Virus record (IMG/VR): IMGVR_UViG_3300045970_000382
Coordinates: 32,001 to 96,000 of that record
Strand: one strand, 5' to 3'
Origin: a virus
DNA: 64,000 nucleotides
The position numbers were made by a program, and so were the translations under genes. Each line of letters opens with the position of its first letter. The first letter of the stretch is position 1. Below the pieces are notes generated by a model. It searched no databases, had not been told where the DNA came from, and saw only the letters and a program-made list of their open reading frames with translations. Of this stretch, positions 56,565-64,000 are shown piece after piece.

Positions 56565-56712
56565 TCGGTTATTCCTTTAGTTATAAAATTTGTTTTGAAA
56601 ACAGCATTAACAGTGATAGTTAAAACCTGTAAAATAAGCCACTAAAAACGTTGCTGGTGGCACGAAAGCAAATAAACCAGCATCAGTGTATTACTTATAA
56701 AATTATCTCAGC

Positions 56713-56898
56713 TTAAACGTTAATTTTTTCAATTAGTGTCATTTCAAGATCATCAAAATAAATCTTTAGATTACTTTCATTAATAACTATTTTTAAATTG
56801 TGATACTTCCCATCATTAAAAATCCAACGTTCTATAGTTTCTGAAACTGTATAAGAATAGGGTTCCAAATCTTCGTTAGTATCTTTAATCATTTTCAT
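56713..56898 (-). CDS. Hypothetical protein
   Basis: 61-aa ORF overlapping the HNH stop. Confidence 0.4.
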   Translation of the reverse strand: MKMIKDTNEDLEPYSYTVSETIERWIFNDGKYHNLKIVINESNLKIYFDDLEMTLIEKINV

Positions 56899-57622
56899 CT
56901 ACCACATAATTCATCATAGCTTCATAAATATCTGGATCTATGACATCTTTATAGAAATTAGCCAGTCTTTTAGCTTCAGCTTCTTTAGCAGGTTTATAAA
57001 CTAGATATGCTTCTTGTTCTGTTTTGTAACAACCAAGATATTTTTGTCTTCCTTCAATATTACATACAGCCATATATGGATTTATTTTACAATCTGGATA
57101 ATAAGTAACTCCAATACAACATTCACCTCTACCAGCATCACATTTTACTAAAAAGGAATTTACTTCTCGTGGTACTAGTCGGCATGTTTCTGGTGAATAA
57201 ATTTTATTGCCTTTAATAAGGCAATCTTTATCTATAAACCAATTTAAATCTGAGCCTACCATTAATAAATAATCATGAGCAAAGTTTTGAAAATTCTTCC
57301 ATCTTTCACAAACAGTGCAGTTTCTGTAAGTAGGATGTAAATTTTTATAATCTTCGTTATAACATCTTCTCAACATGTCACTCCAAACCATATAAATTCT
57401 TCTATGCGTTTTTTGGGAATAAATTCCAATTCCAATAAAACCAATCCCACAAACATTAGGATGGTTTGGATTCTTAACATTACCATTTCTTAAATTACCC
57501 GCGGTGCAATACGTTTCAGATCCATTTTCAAATATAACTCTTACGTTGCGAGCAGAATTATATTCTAAAACAGTGCAAAACCCAGATCTAGTTGTTTCAA
57601 AAACATCGCCTACTTTTATCAT
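56885..57622 (-). CDS. Free-standing HNH-type homing endonuclease (paralog of 5986)
   Basis: Same motifs as 5986; ATGA-coupled to the helicase gene. Confidence 0.8.
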   Translation of the reverse strand: MIKVGDVFETTRSGFCTVLEYNSARNVRVIFENGSETYCTAGNLRNGNVKNPNHPNVCGIGFIGIGIYSQKTHRRIYMVWSDMLRRCYNEDYKNLHPTYRNCTVCERWKNFQNFAHDYLLMVGSDLNWFIDKDCLIKGNKIYSPETCRLVPREVNSFLVKCDAGRGECCIGVTYYPDCKINPYMAVCNIEGRQKYLGCYKTEQEAYLVYKPAKEAEAKRLANFYKDVIDPDIYEAMMNYVVDEND

Positions 57623-59163
57623 AATAAATCCTTAATAGATATCTTACCTTCAATTAATCTAGATGATAGATCTATTCCTTCTTCTAAGGAAGATAATATC
57701 TTTTCTTCTATACTGTTCTTTGTTAATAAGAAGTAGTAGAACACTCGGTCACTTAACTGACCTTCACGGTGAATTCTCTTTAACGATTGACGGTACGTAA
57801 TTACATTATCTGTAATTTCATAGTAGATACAATATGCTGCGTTCTGAAGGTTGAGACCAGTGCTACCACTTGATATATTAATTAAAAATATCTTAGATGT
57901 CTTATCTTTCCTGAAATTTTCATACTCCTTTGCTAGATCTTTTTCACCACCATTAAATTTGAGATTCATTTTAACAAGACGTTCTTTTATCATGATGCCG
58001 CTTTCTTGAAAGTGAAAAAAGATGATGGCTTTTTGATCTTCTGGTAACTCCTCTATTATCTCAGAAAGTTCATCAAGTTTTGGATTGTCTTTAAAACGTA
58101 TTGCTATTCTAGATCCATCTTCAAAAACTTCGTATACGAAACCAGAACTTATCTGTCTACCTTTATTATAAAAATTAACAGTGGTTTTTTTATCCTCAAT
58201 TGTTTCTCTCGCTAATGTCCGTAATGTTTGCATTTCAGAATGACTCTGATCTGAAAAAGGAACAAATCTTTTTATAAAAACTTGCTTCGGTAAATCCCCG
58301 CATTCTTTATCAGAATAGTAAATTGATTTGTTCTTGATAAAAGAATGTAATAATTGTTCTTTCCTTTTATCAAGAACAAAGTCTACACCACCAAAATATC
58401 CAGGTTTAGCATTGTAAAATGCTTGACGAAACATGGATATACTTGTCCCTAATGTTTCTCCTCTATCAATTAAGTACATTTGACTCCAAAGATCCTGACT
58501 ATCTTTACCAAGAGGAGTACCTGTAAGTGAATATCTATAAGGTGTTCGTTCACAGATATAATTACAGATTTCAAATGTCAGAGACCGATGATTTTTTGCA
58601 CGATGCGTTTCATCTAGAACAACCATATCGAAAGAATTAATAAAATCTTTTGCCTTTATTGGATCAAATACTTTAGATCTTTTCTTTTTATTCCTTGTTT
58701 TTTGTAAATTGGTCGTCATCACGGACAACCCCTCATAATTTATGACATATACACCTGCTTCTTCATTAAGCAACTCTTGTCTTTCTTTTAAAGAACCATA
58801 GAGTTTAACTATCTTATAGTCAGAAAATTGTTCTATCTGTTCTTTCCAATTTTGGATATTGATGACTCCAGGTACTACGACCAAGAGTTTATCTATTTTC
58901 TTTTGTTGTTTAAGATAATCAAAGATCATTAATGCTATAACAGTTTTACCCAAACCCATATCAAGATGAAGAAGAAAATTATCAGTAGTAGCACAGAGAT
59001 AAAAGACTGCTAACTGGTGGGTGTGCGGAACTAATTTTAAATTAGATTTATAACCTAGCTCTTTAACAGCTTCTTCTAATTCCTCTCTTCCAACAGACTT
59101 AATCCAATCGTAGTTTTCAAGCTTTCGGTTTAAAAACACATCAACAACACTTTTACGAATCAT
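57619..59163 (-). CDS. SNF2-family helicase
   Basis: DMGLGKT, VLDETH, LTGTP, GLNLQ, Q..KRIHR.GQ. Confidence 0.92.
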   Translation of the reverse strand: MIRKSVVDVFLNRKLENYDWIKSVGREELEEAVKELGYKSNLKLVPHTHQLAVFYLCATTDNFLLHLDMGLGKTVIALMIFDYLKQQKKIDKLLVVVPGVINIQNWKEQIEQFSDYKIVKLYGSLKERQELLNEEAGVYVINYEGLSVMTTNLQKTRNKKKRSKVFDPIKAKDFINSFDMVVLDETHRAKNHRSLTFEICNYICERTPYRYSLTGTPLGKDSQDLWSQMYLIDRGETLGTSISMFRQAFYNAKPGYFGGVDFVLDKRKEQLLHSFIKNKSIYYSDKECGDLPKQVFIKRFVPFSDQSHSEMQTLRTLARETIEDKKTTVNFYNKGRQISSGFVYEVFEDGSRIAIRFKDNPKLDELSEIIEELPEDQKAIIFFHFQESGIMIKERLVKMNLKFNGGEKDLAKEYENFRKDKTSKIFLINISSGSTGLNLQNAAYCIYYEITDNVITYRQSLKRIHREGQLSDRVFYYFLLTKNSIEEKILSSLEEGIDLSSRLIEGKISIKDLL

Positions 59164-60620
59164 TTTCTGGATGACTCCCGTTTTCTATACTTTATTTTTT
59201 CATTTTCTTTTCCATTAGTATCTCCAGTACTAGGAAAATGAACATTCAGCTCGTCCCAGTAACGATTCTCGTTCATCATAATTGCATCAAGACAGAATTG
59301 ACCTATTCTGTAGCATTGGCTAATTAGTACACACTGCTCTCGTTCCTCGTCACGAGCTTTAGCAATAAACAACCGTGCTAATCCAATTTTGGACTCAGCC
59401 TGAGTTTGGCAATATGCCACAATATTATCTGCTGTTGCAGCTTTACTATAATCTTCAGCCAGATGTTTTAGAGTAATTATTTTAGCATCTTCAGCCAATC
59501 TATTAGACTGAGATGCTGTAGCTATTGCTAAATTTCGTTCCACAGCAACACGCCTTAGTTCTTTATAAATTATACCCGTATCTATACGAACATTAGAACT
59601 GCCAATTTGCATTAGGTCTGCATAGTCAAGTATTAATAAATCTGGAATGTAGTTTAAGAATCGCTCCATACTATCTAAATATGCTTCAAGCCCTTGTATA
59701 GTTAAACCATTGGTGGGGAATCTTTTGATGTATAGTCGCCATCTGTTTTTAAATTTGCTTAATTTATTGGCTATTATTTTCCTACTATCTGATTTATGGT
59801 CGATAACAGCTATGGTTATTGTTTTAAAATTGATACTTGAAAACCGATTCATTTCATCCATTTCAAATTTTGCTATTCGTGCTTCATCTTTTGAAGTACT
59901 TAGAGCAAACATTCCTTGAATATATTTTCTACTCATTTTCTCTTCTGACATTTCTAAAGATATATGCAATACTTTTAATCCAGATCTTACACATGTTTTA
60001 CCTACATGGACTAAAAAACTTGTCTTTCCTTTGTTAGCTGGAGCCAGTATCACGAACAATTCTCCAGGTGCTGGACCAAATTTCATATCATCTAAAGGTT
60101 GGATGCCTGTTGGAAATGGATCCAATTCTTCACTTAAAAATTTAAGTGATTGGTTTGGATCAGCAAAAAAGATACCTGGATTGAAAGTGAGGACTTCTTG
60201 TTTAGATGATGTATTAAGTATAGCTCTAGCATTTTCTAAGTTACCAGATTTTAATGCGCCAGCCGCTTCTATTATGGCTGTTTTCAATAACTGGGAGTTG
60301 ATAAATTCTGTAATTTGAGATAAGACATAAGTCTCGTTAACCGAATCTTGATTCTCAAATAAGGAATTTAAAGTAGAACTATAAACTCGTTCTGTTTTTG
60401 GATCATCAAGATGAGATTGTAACAGATCAGCAATATGATCCTTAGCTGGTTCTTTAAATTTTATATAGAATTCAATAGCCTGAATAGCAATAGTTTTATA
60501 AATTGTGTTATCCAAAAGTCCCGGATCTAAAACATTGACTAAATATGGGGCAGCTGTATCTGAGAAGCAAAGTAAAACAAGTAGATTTTCTTGCAGCGAA
60601 CCTGTTAAATTTTCATTCAT
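59160..60620 (-). CDS. DnaB-like replicative helicase
   Basis: PTG...LD, AP.N.GKT, HISLEM, LILDYADL, TASQ.NR, K.R. Confidence 0.9.
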   Translation of the reverse strand: MNENLTGSLQENLLVLLCFSDTAAPYLVNVLDPGLLDNTIYKTIAIQAIEFYIKFKEPAKDHIADLLQSHLDDPKTERVYSSTLNSLFENQDSVNETYVLSQITEFINSQLLKTAIIEAAGALKSGNLENARAILNTSSKQEVLTFNPGIFFADPNQSLKFLSEELDPFPTGIQPLDDMKFGPAPGELFVILAPANKGKTSFLVHVGKTCVRSGLKVLHISLEMSEEKMSRKYIQGMFALSTSKDEARIAKFEMDEMNRFSSINFKTITIAVIDHKSDSRKIIANKLSKFKNRWRLYIKRFPTNGLTIQGLEAYLDSMERFLNYIPDLLILDYADLMQIGSSNVRIDTGIIYKELRRVAVERNLAIATASQSNRLAEDAKIITLKHLAEDYSKAATADNIVAYCQTQAESKIGLARLFIAKARDEEREQCVLISQCYRIGQFCLDAIMMNENRYWDELNVHFPSTGDTNGKENEKIKYRKRESSRK

Positions 60621-60623
60621 AAT

Positions 60624-61478
60624 CTATCTAAACCACGAAAATGCTTCAGACATCTTATCTGTTACATGTATCCCTTGTGAGATAAGTAAACGATCTATTT
60701 TTGATTGAGAAGATTTGTGTTTTAATAAAATATCTGAATCTAATTTATTAAATTCCATATTTGGATATGGTAGGGTTATTACTTTGTAAGCTAAATCAAA
60801 ATGATCTTTGTAATCTCTTTTTGTTTTAAAACTTAAATCAATATTAGATAATATTTTCCTAGCCCCTACATCACCAATTCCTTTTATACCTGGGAAACCA
60901 TTATGCGTACCTACTAGTGAAGTATAATCAATCCAGTCTTTGGGTGACAGTGGATGATAATCTTTTTTGAACTCTTGTTGCCCATAAAGATAAGTTTTTG
61001 CACCCTTTCTTTTATAAATGTAAAAATTGTTTTGATCTAAAATCTGGTATAGATCTGAATCATTAGATATGCAAATGATCTTATCAAAAACTTTTTCATA
61101 TTTCTTTGTTAGTAGAGAGATCCAGTCATCAGCTTCATATCCACGTTCTTTAATAATGGGAATATTCATTAATTCTAAAAGTTGAATACACAAGTCTTTG
61201 TTATAAGTTAGAGCTTCAAAGAAGGAGTTGCCATCTTCGTTTTTTCTACGATCTTTTTTATACTTTGCGTAAAAAGATTCCCTTAAATATGGTTTTCTAT
61301 CATCTGTTACTATGATGTTGGTAGGTAGGGTAAAATTAATAACTGATGTAAGCATACCAATAAATCCGTATATGCCACCTGTGAGCTGTCCGTTGTAGGA
61401 CAAATTCTTGTTAGCAGCAAGTCCTCTTATTAAAACATTATTAAAATCAATAAGTACAAGCGTTTTTTCATCTGTCAT
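60624..61478 (-). CDS. 5'-3' exonuclease (Pol I N-terminal / RNase H-like)
   Basis: LID, YK..R, GYEADD, S.DSDL.Q, PGIKGIG..GA. Confidence 0.9.
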   Translation of the reverse strand: MTDEKTLVLIDFNNVLIRGLAANKNLSYNGQLTGGIYGFIGMLTSVINFTLPTNIIVTDDRKPYLRESFYAKYKKDRRKNEDGNSFFEALTYNKDLCIQLLELMNIPIIKERGYEADDWISLLTKKYEKVFDKIICISNDSDLYQILDQNNFYIYKRKGAKTYLYGQQEFKKDYHPLSPKDWIDYTSLVGTHNGFPGIKGIGDVGARKILSNIDLSFKTKRDYKDHFDLAYKVITLPYPNMEFNKLDSDILLKHKSSQSKIDRLLISQGIHVTDKMSEAFSWFR

Positions 61479-62516
61479 TTATTCACCTTTAAAAAGTTTT
61501 AAACCTATATCAAGTAAACTACCTGATATTTTTTCAGTCTGTGCAAATTTTAATAATACATCTTTTGATGATAAAGATTTTATATTTGATTTTATATAAT
61601 CCTTTATTTCATCCGATGCTTTTGTTTCAACTATTTTTTCCATACGGATATCGTGGAGTTCAATAGCATTATCTTTACAGTAATTAATAGTCTGTGCTTT
61701 TAATTCTGCCCACTTATGAATAAGATTTCTATCTAACAATAATGTTATTTTAACCTGATCTTCTTTTTTTAATTTCTTTAAGTCAACTAACAAATCATCA
61801 AAAGAATTAACTTCCTTTTTTATATGAGGTCTTTTTATTGTTTTAATATCTATAAATCTTAATTTACCATCTTCAATAACAGACATTCGTGGCTGGTAAT
61901 CATCCCCGAATGACACGGGGTGCTGGGTGCCAGGATAATTTACTTTTCGTAATGTTTGAGGAACGTGAATATCACCACTTACTATCTTAGCTGATACATT
62001 TTTAAAAAAGTTTGGATCAAGACCACAGTTGAGTTCATGAAAATTAGATACTTTTGATCCAATAATAGATTGGTGTATGAACAAAAATTTTAAATTTGGA
62101 TCATTTATTATTGGTAGCCACTCTTCCCATTCAATTTCAGCAACTCTACTATGTGGAAGAAATAAAAACTGATCTCTTTTCCAATATGTTGGTTTATCTA
62201 TAAATGTTATGTTTTCGTACTTGGATACGAAACGTAAGAAACAGTGATTTCGGTCTACTGTATAGTCGTGGTTGCCTCCCAGTATGGATATAGGGCAGTA
62301 CTTGTCTCTAATTTCAAGGAACGAGTTGACAGTTCTATTAACCAACTGGGACTTATGCTTATCCTTCCTATCTAAAACATCCCCAAGGTGTAGGAAAAGA
62401 TCATATCCACCTTTATCTAATTCAGCCTTAGCGAAATCAAATACCTTCCAACGATACTCATTACTTGGATTATCGTCGAGGTGCGTATCATTGATAATAA
62501 GAATTTTTCTAGTCAT
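61479..62516 (-). CDS. SbcD/Mre11-like metallophosphoesterase recombination nuclease
   Basis: DTH, LGDVLD, GNHD, H, SGDIH.PQ. Confidence 0.88.
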   Translation of the reverse strand: MTRKILIINDTHLDDNPSNEYRWKVFDFAKAELDKGGYDLFLHLGDVLDRKDKHKSQLVNRTVNSFLEIRDKYCPISILGGNHDYTVDRNHCFLRFVSKYENITFIDKPTYWKRDQFLFLPHSRVAEIEWEEWLPIINDPNLKFLFIHQSIIGSKVSNFHELNCGLDPNFFKNVSAKIVSGDIHVPQTLRKVNYPGTQHPVSFGDDYQPRMSVIEDGKLRFIDIKTIKRPHIKKEVNSFDDLLVDLKKLKKEDQVKITLLLDRNLIHKWAELKAQTINYCKDNAIELHDIRMEKIVETKASDEIKDYIKSNIKSLSSKDVLLKFAQTEKISGSLLDIGLKLFKGE

Positions 62517-63252
62517 TAATATCCACCTTATAATTTATCATTGCTGATAGTATATCTGGATCTATTGTATCCTTAAATACATTTGCTAGTCTTTTAGCTT
62601 CAGCCTCTTTAGCGGCTTTATAAGCTAAATAAGCTTCTTGTTGTGTTTTAAAATAACCAAGATGTTCTTGTTTTCCTTTAATCCTGCAACTAGCCCTATA
62701 TGGTGTTGATGTACCTTCATAATAATTGACTCCAATACAACACTCACCTCTACTAGCATTACTTTTTTCTAAAAAATTATTCACTTCTTGTGGTACTAAA
62801 CGACATGTTTCTGGTGAATAGATTTTATTACCTTTAATAAGCCAATCTTTGTCCAGTTGGTAATTTAAATCAGAACCAAACATGAGTAAGTAATCATGAG
62901 CGAAGTTTTGAAAACACAACCATCTTTCACAAACAGTACAATCTTTATAAGTAAGTTGTTTTTTCTGTGTAAATTCTGAATAACATCTTCGTAACATAGC
63001 AAGCCAACAATTATAAATTCTTAGATGCGACGTACAAGAATAATTTCCAATTCCAATAAATCCAATTCCATAAAATTTAAGACTTGGGTATTTAACATAA
63101 CCATTTCTTAAAGCACCAGCTTCACAAGTCGTTTCAGCCCCATCTTCAAATCTGACTCTTACATTGTGAGCATTTATATACTCTATAACAATGCAAGAGC
63201 CAGATTTGTTTGTTTTAAAGGCGTCACCAACTTTAATAGAAGGTAAAAGCAT
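62509..63252 (-). CDS. Free-standing HNH-type homing endonuclease (paralog of 5986)
   Basis: Same motifs as 5986; TAATG-coupled to the upstream gene. Confidence 0.8.
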   Translation of the reverse strand: MLLPSIKVGDAFKTNKSGSCIVIEYINAHNVRVRFEDGAETTCEAGALRNGYVKYPSLKFYGIGFIGIGNYSCTSHLRIYNCWLAMLRRCYSEFTQKKQLTYKDCTVCERWLCFQNFAHDYLLMFGSDLNYQLDKDWLIKGNKIYSPETCRLVPQEVNNFLEKSNASRGECCIGVNYYEGTSTPYRASCRIKGKQEHLGYFKTQQEAYLAYKAAKEAEAKRLANVFKDTIDPDILSAMINYKVDIND

Positions 63253-64000
63253 TAGGCATCTTCTTCTAGTTCTACTTCTGAGTGTGTCAATTTCTCTTCT
63301 TGTATTATGTCAAAAGTATCTCTGTCGTAATCACGGATTAATGATCTCTTACCATAAAAGATACTAGATATGAGACTGTCAGTTGATAATAACGAAGATG
63401 CTGTTTTGGATTCGTGTGTGGAGTAAGCTGTCAATATATTGTACAACGTCCATAAGTCACAAGGGAACAGATTTGGATCCAATAACGTTTCAAGTGTTTT
63501 GTCTGAAAACTTTTTCTCAAAGAGTTGGAGTGCTTCGTCGTAAGTGATTATGATTTCCCTCCAAGACATCCAAAGGTCATAAAGATATTTACTATCTTCT
63601 ATTATTCTAGCTACCTTACCCTGTAGTGATGTTGGATTGAACCCTTCGTCAAGAAGCTGGCGGGAATTGAATCCAGCCACAGCCTGGCCGACTACAGCAC
63701 CATTACTGCAAACTTGTCTGAACACACCTAACTGCAATTTAAATCCACTAGCATGAGCATAACTATTGTTGAGAAGTAAGTGAATTTTATTAGTGTCACC
63801 ATTTCCTAAATCCACTTCAGGGAATTGGTCAAGTGATATTTTAGCCCGTATAATAGCTCCTGATTTTATAGACGTCACTTCAATCTGTGGTTCAGCTCCA
63901 AACATCAAGTTTACACAATCACTTACAGTCTGCAACGCAGACTCGTGCCTAATCAGGAAGGATTTTGAACTGTGTATACCAAATAATAAGTCATGTTCTG
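63252..64000 (-). CDS. DUF932/DUF945-like protein (5'-truncated)
   Basis: L.NSY.....F....G.FRQVCSNG, LW.LYN..T...TH; frame stays open to the window edge. Confidence 0.7.
   Translation of the reverse strand, partial: EHDLLFGIHSSKSFLIRHESALQTVSDCVNLMFGAEPQIEVTSIKSGAIIRAKISLDQFPEVDLGNGDTNKIHLLLNNSYAHASGFKLQLGVFRQVCSNGAVVGQAVAGFNSRQLLDEGFNPTSLQGKVARIIEDSKYLYDLWMSWREIIITYDEALQLFEKKFSDKTLETLLDPNLFPCDLWTLYNILTAYSTHESKTASSLLSTDSLISSIFYGKRSLIRDYDRDTFDIIQEEKLTHSEVELEEDA

Noticed and set aside
10324-60626. Genome-wide TAG reassignment (TAG followed by in-frame coding at 10324, 31703, 53773, 60624)
   Set aside because: Long ORFs are intact under the standard code, other TAG stops are followed by out-of-frame genes or TAA, and one case is simply part of a TAGGA RBS; counts are compatible with chance
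366-62547. Short antisense or alternate-frame ORFs in the track (e.g. 366-677, 4210-4425, 10671-10973, 23161-23481, 53646-53855, 60031-60318, 62272-62547)
   Set aside because: They overlap well-supported genes, lack recognisable motifs and look like shadow frames
1-64000. tRNA, rRNA, integrase or transposase genes
   Set aside because: None recognisable; the intergenic gaps show no cloverleaf by eye

Overview
AT-rich, gene-dense segment of a large tailed dsDNA phage. It is most likely a long-tailed siphovirus of a Gram-negative host (TP901-type tape measure, LydA-like holin, lipoprotein, M15 endolysin). Plus strand 1-56081 is a late region: an intein-containing tape measure gene (5' end outside the window), tail-tip genes and an unusually expanded set of fibre/appendage genes. 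That set comprises five paralogous adaptor-like proteins plus six proteins sharing one C-terminal module with different payloads (LamG arrays, a 2009-aa beta-repeat protein, a catalytically dead subtilase). It also holds a small structural gene split by a 345-nt group I intron, head/neck-fibre-like genes, three 7-bladed RCC1 propeller genes built from shuffled 150-bp repeats, a sulfotransferase/glycosyltransferase/methyltransferase/APS-kinase cassette, and a lysis region carrying an HD-GYP phosphodiesterase. Minus strand 56064-64000 is a DNA metabolism operon (DHFR, SNF2 helicase, DnaB-like helicase, 5'-3' exonuclease, SbcD-like nuclease, DUF932-like protein). Four free-standing HNH endonucleases are present; the two in the late operon have RBS-sequestering hairpins. 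All family assignments come from motif recognition by eye, not database searches.
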